Shown: positions 39,151-46,600 of the stretch, one piece after another
Numbering within the stretch: position 1 is the stretch's first letter
How the letters are laid out: each line of letters opens with the position of its first letter
Source: Bacteroides sp.
GTDB taxonomy: Bacteria; Bacteroidota; Bacteroidia; Bacteroidales; UBA7960
Direction of reading: 5' to 3'
Length of the DNA stretch: 64,000 nt
Assembly (NCBI GenBank): GCA_036351255.1
Contig: JAZBOS010000087.1
Location: 25,490-89,489 of the forward strand
Translations under genes and position numbers: made by a program
Notes under the pieces: generated by a model
Database searches by the model: none
The model's input: the letters and a program-made list of their open reading frames with translations, nothing else
What the model was told of the DNA's origin: nothing

Positions 39151-39861
39151 CTATTCCTCTTTTTTTTCAAGAAATGCCTTGAGCTTCTGCTCAATCAGAA
39201 GGGCATGTTCTTCATTGATTGCCGAAAATTTTATTTCAAGGCAAGGCTGATTGTTGGCGTCTTTAACAAGGTTTATCAGGGGCTCATTTTCCAGAATGAT
39301 CCAGGGCATGTTAAAAAGCTCCTGTTTCACTTCTTCCGTCAAACCCGGTCTATCCTGCCCCTGCTTCAGGCAAAGCTTCAGCATCTGGCTATGGCCATGG
39401 CCTTTCTCAGGTGGGCTGGAAATAATGGCGTCACCAAGCTTCGAAAAGGGAACACGCACCTTCTCCCCTTTTTCGGTTTCAAGATGTAGGGTTCGGTAAC
39501 CTACCCTGAACACTTTGCCCGAAACCATCGGTGACTTAATAATTTGCCCCTTTTTAAACTCACTTTCAGTTTTAAGTAAAATACCACTGAGAAAATCCCT
39601 GAGGACATACCAGCCCATGGCCAGTACCAGCACCAGGGCCATTGCGCTTTCCACCACGCCTCGATAAGGCAATCCAGAAAAAACAATACGAGCGGCCCAA
39701 AATGCAAAGGCAAGCCATACCACAAATTCCACGAGGGGCAAAGAACGGAGCAAAAGGCTCCGCCAACGACTCTCTCCTGGAATGAGCAGGGCCAGGCGAT
39801 TAATCAGCTGCAGGGCAAAAAACAGCGCAAAACCCAGAATTACAATATACAGCAGATTCAT
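39151..39861 (-). CDS. Minimal MscS-like mechanosensitive channel family protein
   Basis: Three N-terminal TM helices are followed by LRDFLSGILLKTESEFKKGQIIKSPMVSGKVFRVGYRTLHLETEKGEKVRVPFSKL. This aligns by eye with the MscS pore-helix/beta-domain core (L.N..aG..l...rPf..GD.i.....G.V..i..r.T.l.t.dg..v.iPN..l). Its ATG overlaps the upstream stop codon. Confidence 0.65.
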   Translation of the reverse strand: MNLLYIVILGFALFFALQLINRLALLIPGESRWRSLLLRSLPLVEFVVWLAFAFWAARIVFSGLPYRGVVESAMALVLVLAMGWYVLRDFLSGILLKTESEFKKGQIIKSPMVSGKVFRVGYRTLHLETEKGEKVRVPFSKLGDAIISSPPEKGHGHSQMLKLCLKQGQDRPGLTEEVKQELFNMPWIILENEPLINLVKDANNQPCLEIKFSAINEEHALLIEQKLKAFLEKKEE

Positions 39862-42800
39862 AACAGGTTTTTCTTTTTTAATTGTTCCACCAGGTAAATA
39901 TCAAGGGCCGGATTAATGGCATATACCCCTTCAAATTTCTCAATAATCAATGCGGCGCGAAGCAGATCATTCACCTGATCTTTAACGATTGACTCAGAAA
40001 TCTGCAGGCTCAAGGCAAGGCTGCTCACTGAAAAACGCCGATGCATGATAAACTGCAAGATATAAAACAACTGCTCCTGGGTAAGCATTTCAAAAACACT
40101 ATCCGGAGGCACCTGGATAGGTTCCATATAAATGGTTCTTGCCGTAATCTTTTTGATGGAACTCAGCCAAAGAGAAATCTGCAGCCCCGGATTACCAAAT
40201 GACTGGTCAAAATAACGGTTAAACATCCTGGCATAATCCCAGGCAGTCATTTTACTCTCTTCTTTCTTGTTATACACAAACTTTAGCCCGCCAGCATGGT
40301 GCCTGAGCAGGATAATGTCCTGAAGTTCACGGGCATCGAAGGGCTTACATACCACCGCAGCCAGTGAATAGTTCAATATTCCCGTTGACTTATCAACGAT
40401 CTTGAGCGAATGCTCATTGATATTTATAATAAACAAGAATTTTCTTCCATACAAGTCAATGATCTCCTTGATCCATTCAATCACCTGCAACCCCCCCGGT
40501 TTTCTTTCCCACCAAAGCTCAAGATCGTGTATGATAAAGACTTTCCCTGCCGGCAGGGCGCTCATTACATCCACAAGCTTATCGGGCTGCACATGTAAGG
40601 TTTGGGCAATAGCTTCCTTGAAGGCTCCCAGATCAGCCTCGCAGGATTTCGGAGCCCGGATACTGTGGATATGCTCCTGGGCAAAATGTTTTCTGGCCAG
40701 GTATTTTGAAAGACTTGACTTGCCAGAACTGCGCTCGCCGGTAATAACCAATATTCCGGGAATCCCCACCTTGAAGCGTGCAATGGCTTGGGTACCCTCG
40801 GCAATCTGCTCATTCATGCCTACCCAGAAGTCATCGCTGGTGCCTGACAAACCCGAGAAAAGCGTGGCATAATAATAGGGTAGCTCCTTCATAATTTGAG
40901 CACGCGGGGTAACAGCCTCAACAAATGAGAGCAAGTCGCGGTTAGCCAGTTTTCCTGTCTGGCTTTTCTCAAAACGATTAGCCCAGACTATCCCTTCGCT
41001 TTTGCTATAGAGGAGGTTCACCAGGTTTTTCTGACCGAATTCCCTGAACTGTTCTGCCTGATGGTTGACCCACCTTGAGAATCGGCCATTCCCCTTCTCA
41101 CGCATTTTCTTCTTCAGATCTATATTGGTCTGGTTGATCACAGCAGATGACAAAGGCTCAAAAGATTGACGCAGACCTTCCTCAAAAGTCTTGAAAAACC
41201 CACTCAGGAATGTCCTGACCTTGTTTTCTTCCTCTTTAAGTCTGCTTGAAAAGTCCTTTAGCAGTTTTGCCGTTTCATCAGGGTAACTTTCTTTTTCTTC
41301 CCCTTCCGTCTGCTCAACGTCCATTTGCAAACTGAAATTAATCAGGCGCAGCAGATCCTTGATCCGGTTAACGCTTAACTGAAACTGGTATTCCGTATCC
41401 TGACCCTGCCCCTTAACCTTGTCAATTAGCAGGCTGCTAAGATAAAACCCGGATAACTTCCTGACTTTTACCACCACGGGATCAGGTTCGGGTAAAGCCC
41501 CTTTTTCAATTGCATCGGTAAAATTCTGCCCACTGATTTCAATTTCTTCCGGCATCTCCCCCAGAAGCTCCTTGACTTCCTCGAAGAATCCGGCATATAA
41601 CTTAAGCACTTGGGGCGTATTCAAGAGACTGTGATCCAATTGTTTTTCAACGGGTTCTCCTTTTTCGCTTGCTTCAAGAGCCTGAAGCAAATCAGCCTGG
41701 TAGGCTTTCAGCGGCCTGAGCATATTGGTTTCGATAAGCTGGCTGAAGTCCAGGTTATACTTCCTGATCTTCGAGTGGATGCGGCTGCGCAATGAAAGGA
41801 ACATGAAGTCGAGGACACCCTTATTGATGAACAGGTTCATGCTTTTCTCCCAAAGGGCTGGCAATTCCAGGAAAGTGACCTCCTGCTCCTGTTTTTTTTC
41901 AATCAGGGCCTTGAGGAATTTCTTCATGCGCGGATTCGTGCCAGCATTGTCCAGGTAATTGCTGAACTGCTGAAGGTCGTCAAGCAGACTATCAAACAAT
42001 TTGTTGCCTGCTTCAATACGGAAAGCGCGGGCTTCCGACTCCAGCAAAGACAGCTGGGCTTTTATTCTGTCCTTCTCAAGGTTAAGCTTTTCAAGGGCTT
42101 TGTCCTTGTCGCCAGCTTCAATCCGGGTCATTTCAATGACCTCGTGCAGGCTGGTAAAGATCTTACGCAGTGCAACAACGTCGCCAAATGCATCAATGGC
42201 ATAATCATTCATCAGCTCGCCAGCTACTTCCATTCGCCGCAGGTAAAGAAAATAACGGGCCACTTCCGATACCCTGATTTTTTTCGTGATTTGCTTTCCC
42301 CTTAGCTTGACCCGGAAACGCTGGAATGATTTATACGTACTGGTCCAAAACTTGTCGCGGCTTACGGTCTCAAAATCTTCCTTTTTTAATTGGATGCGCA
42401 GATACTCTGGCAGCGACTCCAGCATTAGTTTACTGTCTCTTACGTATACCTTATTGGCCGTTTCAAGGTGCTGTTCCTGGGTATGGACAATGATGCCTTT
42501 CAAAAAATCGATGCGTTTCCTGGCCTGGAAAGAGAAATCGTTCAGGATACGCAGAAATGCCTTGGGCTGTGCAGTGGGTTCAACAGTCTTGATTACCTTT
42601 CTCAACTGTTCAATTATTTTCCCCACATAGTTGCCCAAATCAGAATAAAAGGAAAATACATCGCCTGAAACCGCTTCATAAGCTTCTGAGTAATATCGCG
42701 AGGTCATGTCCTCAAGGGTCTCTCCTAAGTTGAAAACTTCTTTGGCCACAATATGCCTTGAAGGAGAAGTCAGTTTGGCCAATACATTAGGAGTGTGTTT

Positions 42801-45005
42801 TTCCATGGTTTCAGGATCTTTCTCCTTAATGGTTCTGCCAGGACTAAGGTTAATCTCATCAAAAAAGGTGGAGGCCCGAACCAAAAGGCAGGTTTTTAGG
42901 TCTTTCACCAAATCATTGGTTTTTTCATTGATTGAGACTCCTTTCTTGCTGGGTTCGGGCAATTCCAGGATTGTGAGGTCGGTGGCAGTAGATTCGGACA
43001 GGATGATTTCATTTTCAGGCAGTTGTTCAACCCCGTTATTGATCACTTTTACCGAGGCCTGCAAGCGGCTCTGATCCAGCAACTGCTGAACCAGGTGGTA
43101 AAGGCTTTCAGTCTTCGAACTGTCCTGGTTGATTACCAGAATACGAAGACTAGCGTTCATCCATTCCTTGCTGGAAGTAATGAACCGAAGTAATGTAAGA
43201 GCCAGCGAAAGGTTACGCCCGCTTCCGGTCCACCAGAAATCAATTTGTTTATAATTCCCAAAGCCTGCATCAGAATTATAATTCAGAAATACCGTGTTGT
43301 AATCCTGTTTTTTGAAGTTTTCCAGCAGTTGCGCAAATTTTTGGGGGTCCCGGGTTTTCCGGCCCCAGCCCATGAATATGGTGTTGGGCTCAAAACCTGA
43401 AAAACCATATACCCTGGAAATCAAATCGATCCCTTCATAAAAATCCCGGCAATGATGACGACGGGTAAAAACCCCTTCCTTGCGTAAAACCGGGGCGTTA
43501 AAGGTATTTTTATCATGCTCACGGAAAATAGCATCCGAATTAGGGTCTTCCACCAGCTCAAAGTTGGTAAAGATGCCCAGTTTACCCACAAGCGATTTCC
43601 CCATTTCGATCAGGTGGGGCCGGCTTAGTTCGCCACCGCTGAACAGGATCACATTGGGCCTCCAGTTGCGCGACTCGCGGCTGCTCGCCGTGAGTTTCTC
43701 CAGCCCGGTTTTCACCACCGAGGTCCATACACTGTTCCAGGTGTCTCCCGTCTGAAGGGTCAACTCTTTGCGCTTCAGAAAAAGGAAAAGGGCCATGAGA
43801 ACTACTGAGGCTACCAACAGGGCGATAATATCCAGCTGAATCATCACCACAATACATGCCAGGGCGCCAATGATACTAACAAAACGGGGAATTTTGAATG
43901 AAGGTCTAAAATCACTGCTGGCCCAGCTTTCAACTGCATAGGTAATGTTCAGGAAACCATACGTGATGATAAAGAAAATGGTAACCACGCGGGCTATCAC
44001 ATTTAATTCCCCGATCAGGATCCCTGCCTGAGCAATTACGTATGTAATCATCAGGGCATTCCGCGGCTCATTCGACGGACCATAACCTTTGCCTAAGAAA
44101 CGGGGAATAATGCGATCGATAGCCACTGCCTGAAGGATCCTTGGTGCCCCGAGAATGCTCCCCAAAGCAGAAGAAAGCGTGGCGCCAAGGATACCTGCAA
44201 TGACCAGTTGCGGAATCCAGGAAATGTTAAACAAGACATTGGGATCATTGACCAGCAAGTCGCGTTCAACGGTATGGGAAAAGAAAAACGCCAAACCAAT
44301 ATATACTACCAAACCCACCAAAATAGCAGAAATGGTACCTAATGGGATATCCTTTCGGGCATTTTTCAGGTCACCTGACATGGAAACCCCTGCCTCAAAT
44401 CCGGTCACCGCAGGAAAATAAATGGCGAACAAGGCGATCCAGGGAAGGGCACCTCTCATACCCTGAAAAAGGGGTTCTGCGGGAACAAAATCATGACGTC
44501 CAAAAAATACAGACACCAAAGAAAGCACCATGGCAGTCATTATCAGGTACTGGGTCTTGATCGCCAGTGAAGTACTGATAAAGGTAACTAAGGCCACTAA
44601 AAACAAAATGATCGACCCGGCAATACGAATGGTGAAAAGGCTAACTTCAAACCCAAAATAGGAAAGAAATGTCTCAGCAAAACCAATCAAATAAAGGCTT
44701 ACGCTAAAGGAAAGTCCCACAAAAAGGGCCAAACCCAATGTCCCCCCAATAGAAAGGCCGAGGCTGCGCGAAATAATGTAATAACTCCCCCCTGTTTCCA
44801 CTTGTTTATCGGTGGCCACCGAGGCTACGCTCAATCCTGTACTTAAGGAAATGATATGAGCCACCAGGATAATCCCCAGGGTCGCCCAAAGACCCGCCTG
44901 TCCAATGATCCAGGGCAAACGTAAATACATGATTACACCCAGAATAGTCAATATGGAAGGGGTAAATACCCCGCCAAATGCACCGAACTTCTTTGCTTTT
45001 ACCAC
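39858..45005 (-). CDS. 1715-aa fusion protein: SLC12/APC-type cation-chloride-cotransporter-like permease, then the SLC12 cytosolic C-domain, a long helical region, a P-loop (AAA+/ORC-Cdc6- or Arch_ATPase-like) NTPase and a wHTH-like tail
   Basis: It is a single uninterrupted ORF. The N-terminus FGAFGGVFTPSILTILGVIMYLRLPWIIGQAGL is the hallmark start of CCC/SLC12 permeases. About 11-12 hydrophobic helices run to roughly residue 412. NWRPNVILFSGG...FEPNTIFMGWG...IDFWW resembles the SLC12 C-domain. Walker A GERSSGKS and Walker B VFIIHDLE lie near residues 1423 and 1494. Confidence 0.8.
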   Translation of the reverse strand: MVKAKKFGAFGGVFTPSILTILGVIMYLRLPWIIGQAGLWATLGIILVAHIISLSTGLSVASVATDKQVETGGSYYIISRSLGLSIGGTLGLALFVGLSFSVSLYLIGFAETFLSYFGFEVSLFTIRIAGSIILFLVALVTFISTSLAIKTQYLIMTAMVLSLVSVFFGRHDFVPAEPLFQGMRGALPWIALFAIYFPAVTGFEAGVSMSGDLKNARKDIPLGTISAILVGLVVYIGLAFFFSHTVERDLLVNDPNVLFNISWIPQLVIAGILGATLSSALGSILGAPRILQAVAIDRIIPRFLGKGYGPSNEPRNALMITYVIAQAGILIGELNVIARVVTIFFIITYGFLNITYAVESWASSDFRPSFKIPRFVSIIGALACIVVMIQLDIIALLVASVVLMALFLFLKRKELTLQTGDTWNSVWTSVVKTGLEKLTASSRESRNWRPNVILFSGGELSRPHLIEMGKSLVGKLGIFTNFELVEDPNSDAIFREHDKNTFNAPVLRKEGVFTRRHHCRDFYEGIDLISRVYGFSGFEPNTIFMGWGRKTRDPQKFAQLLENFKKQDYNTVFLNYNSDAGFGNYKQIDFWWTGSGRNLSLALTLLRFITSSKEWMNASLRILVINQDSSKTESLYHLVQQLLDQSRLQASVKVINNGVEQLPENEIILSESTATDLTILELPEPSKKGVSINEKTNDLVKDLKTCLLVRASTFFDEINLSPGRTIKEKDPETMEKHTPNVLAKLTSPSRHIVAKEVFNLGETLEDMTSRYYSEAYEAVSGDVFSFYSDLGNYVGKIIEQLRKVIKTVEPTAQPKAFLRILNDFSFQARKRIDFLKGIIVHTQEQHLETANKVYVRDSKLMLESLPEYLRIQLKKEDFETVSRDKFWTSTYKSFQRFRVKLRGKQITKKIRVSEVARYFLYLRRMEVAGELMNDYAIDAFGDVVALRKIFTSLHEVIEMTRIEAGDKDKALEKLNLEKDRIKAQLSLLESEARAFRIEAGNKLFDSLLDDLQQFSNYLDNAGTNPRMKKFLKALIEKKQEQEVTFLELPALWEKSMNLFINKGVLDFMFLSLRSRIHSKIRKYNLDFSQLIETNMLRPLKAYQADLLQALEASEKGEPVEKQLDHSLLNTPQVLKLYAGFFEEVKELLGEMPEEIEISGQNFTDAIEKGALPEPDPVVVKVRKLSGFYLSSLLIDKVKGQGQDTEYQFQLSVNRIKDLLRLINFSLQMDVEQTEGEEKESYPDETAKLLKDFSSRLKEEENKVRTFLSGFFKTFEEGLRQSFEPLSSAVINQTNIDLKKKMREKGNGRFSRWVNHQAEQFREFGQKNLVNLLYSKSEGIVWANRFEKSQTGKLANRDLLSFVEAVTPRAQIMKELPYYYATLFSGLSGTSDDFWVGMNEQIAEGTQAIARFKVGIPGILVITGERSSGKSSLSKYLARKHFAQEHIHSIRAPKSCEADLGAFKEAIAQTLHVQPDKLVDVMSALPAGKVFIIHDLELWWERKPGGLQVIEWIKEIIDLYGRKFLFIININEHSLKIVDKSTGILNYSLAAVVCKPFDARELQDIILLRHHAGGLKFVYNKKEESKMTAWDYARMFNRYFDQSFGNPGLQISLWLSSIKKITARTIYMEPIQVPPDSVFEMLTQEQLFYILQFIMHRRFSVSSLALSLQISESIVKDQVNDLLRAALIIEKFEGVYAINPALDIYLVEQLKKKNLL
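39861..40865 (-). other. Domain: P-loop NTPase plus helical lid plus wHTH-like tail (about aa 1381-1715)
   Basis: Walker A GERSSGKS is at 40716-40739 (I verified the codons GGC GAG CGC AGT TCT GGC AAG TCA). Walker B VFIIHDLE is at 40518-40538. A sensor-1-like FLFIININ and a lid-like KPFDARELQDIILLRH follow. The terminal roughly 80 aa (LTQEQLFYILQFI...SLALSLQISESIVKDQVNDLLRAALIEK) looks like a winged helix. Confidence 0.6.
42846..43673 (-). other. Domain: SLC12-like cytosolic C-terminal domain (about aa 445-720)
   Basis: NWRPNVILFSGG, GFEPNTIFMGWG and IDFWWTGSGRNLSLALTL...LRILV give a Rossmann-like alternating pattern like the CCC C-domain. Boundaries are approximate. Confidence 0.5.
43770..45005 (-). 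other. Domain: APC/SLC12-type transmembrane permease module (about aa 1-412 of the fusion protein)
   Basis: The segment is continuously hydrophobic and helix-rich, with CCC-like motifs (GGSYYIISRSLG, AVTGFEAGVSMSGDLK, ATLSSALGSILGAPRILQA). Confidence 0.7.
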
Positions 45006-45033
45006 TTTGGTTTTATTATTGGTTTCTTCTATT

Positions 45034-45041
45034 CAAAGATA
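45034..45041 (-). promoter_or_regulatory. Candidate -7 box (TATCTTTG on the minus strand) for the fusion gene
   Basis: It matches TAnnTTTG about 29 nt upstream of the start at 45005. No clear -33 TTTG is present. Confidence 0.35.
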
Positions 45042-45129
45042 AAATAAATTAAACGGTTTATATTTCCATTCGTCCTTTTAATTGTCAGTTTAAACCTTTG
45101 GGGCTTAAAAACAATGGAGATAAATTTAT

Positions 45130-45137
45130 TAATTTTG
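45130..45137 (+). promoter_or_regulatory. Candidate -7 box (TAATTTTG) for the CPA1-like gene
   Basis: It matches TAnnTTTG about 77 nt upstream of ATG 45214. Confidence 0.35.
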
Positions 45138-45213
45138 TTTGACTTGAATGAAAAACAGAATCAGGCAAAAGAAGAACAATCAGGAAAAACCTTAGACTGA
45201 AAAAAATCACCCT

Positions 45214-46446
45214 ATGGACATTCAAACCACATTAATCATTGTTTTTGTCGGGGTGTTGGTTTTTCTTGCCCATCTTTTTGCCGAATTTTTTCGCAGCCAG
45301 AAAATTCCTGATGTCCTTTTGCTGATCATTATCGGATTGGTGCTGGGGCCCTTTACCGGACTTGTTGACCCACAGTTTTTTGGAGGCATCGGGAGTGTCT
45401 TTACCAATATCACCCTGGTGGTTATCCTCTTTGAAGGAGGCACCAACCTGCGGTTCGATGTCTTGAGAAATGTCATCAAAGGTACAGCCAGCCTCACCAC
45501 CGTTAACTTTATTATCAGCAGCATACTGGTTGGGCTGGTTTCACTGGTCGTATTCGATTTTGATCCTGCCATGTCGTTTATGCTGGGCGCCTTTATTGGC
45601 GGAACAGCCTCGTCCATCGTAATCCCCATGGTGGCACAATTAAAGATTAACCAGGAATCCAAAACCATCCTCATCCTTGAATCTGCTGTCGGCAATGTCC
45701 TTAGCCTGGTCGTGGGTCTTACCTTTTTTGAGGCCCTAAAGTTGGGCCAGGTGAATTTTGGATTGATGCTCGGAAGCATTATGGCAGGTTTTCTGTTCTC
45801 CAGTGTCATTGGCGTGGTGGGCGGCATCGTCTGGTCTTTCCTGATCGACCATATGCGCAACCTGCAAAACTCCATATTCACCACCCCGGCTTTTGTGTTC
45901 ATCATCTATGGCATTGCCGAATTGCTTGGCTTCAGCGGAGCCATTGCTGCCCTAATGTTTGGTATCACCCTGGCAAATACCGATATGGTGCCACAACCCG
46001 TGGTGCAACGTTATACAAGCATTATTCCAAAGTCGCTGAACGAAATTGAGCGCGTGTTTTTTGCTGAGGTGGTTTTTTTACTCAAAACTTTTTTCTTTGT
46101 TTACATTGGGGTTTCCATCATGCTCACCGATTTCTTCTCCATTGCCGTAGGGACCATCCTGACCCTCCTGCTTTTCGCTTTCCGCATCCCTATTGTGAAA
46201 ATGTCGGTAAAACCTTCTATCCCACTCGATGACCGGGTCGTTATGTCGATGATGGTACCCAAAGGGCTTGCTTCGGCGGTGCTGGCTTCCCTACCAGCCC
46301 AGGCCGGAATGCCCGGAGGCGAATTGATTCAGAACATCACCTATTCGACCGTCCTGATCAGCATTGTCCTCAATTCAACCCTCATCATGCTCAACAACCG
46401 ATTCCCCATGATCGGAAAATCCTATGGCTACCTGTTAAAACCTTAA
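45214..46446 (+). CDS. Cation:proton antiporter (CPA1/NhaP-like fold) family protein, atypical ion-site motifs
   Basis: It has the Na_H_Exchanger layout: KIPDVLLLIIIGLVLGP, ILFEGG, GAFIGGTASSIVIP, ILESAVGNVLSLV, VPKGLASAVLA. About 12-13 TM helices, 410 aa. Confidence 0.8.
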   Translation: MDIQTTLIIVFVGVLVFLAHLFAEFFRSQKIPDVLLLIIIGLVLGPFTGLVDPQFFGGIGSVFTNITLVVILFEGGTNLRFDVLRNVIKGTASLTTVNFIISSILVGLVSLVVFDFDPAMSFMLGAFIGGTASSIVIPMVAQLKINQESKTILILESAVGNVLSLVVGLTFFEALKLGQVNFGLMLGSIMAGFLFSSVIGVVGGIVWSFLIDHMRNLQNSIFTTPAFVFIIYGIAELLGFSGAIAALMFGITLANTDMVPQPVVQRYTSIIPKSLNEIERVFFAEVVFLLKTFFFVYIGVSIMLTDFFSIAVGTILTLLLFAFRIPIVKMSVKPSIPLDDRVVMSMMVPKGLASAVLASLPAQAGMPGGELIQNITYSTVLISIVLNSTLIMLNNRFPMIGKSYGYLLKP

Positions 46447-46522
46447 ACGGGTCATTCTTGGATTTTTAGTTAAAAGCGACGGAAAAAATGATTGCGTGGG
46501 ATAGTCAGTAAGCCCGGGTGGT

Positions 46523-46553
46523 TTTGCCCTTTGCCCATCTTTCTGTACTTTTG
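46523..46553 (+). promoter_or_regulatory. Candidate Bacteroidota sigma-A promoter (TTTG-N19-TACTTTTG) for the MscS gene
   Basis: TTTG lies at 46523-46526 and TACTTTTG at 46546-46553, with a 19-nt spacer. The ATG is at 46601. Confidence 0.5.
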
Positions 46554-46600
46554 TAATCATTCATCCGAACCCAGCGTTTCGTTTCGATAAATCCAATGGC

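Noticed and set aside
39858-45005. Possibility that the 1715-aa ORF is an assembly or frameshift artefact joining two or three genes
   Set aside because: I considered this but cannot support it from the sequence. The frame is continuous, with no in-frame stop or obvious homopolymer junction at the domain boundaries. The inter-domain segments look like ordinary coding sequence. It still needs read-level confirmation, as stated in the finding.
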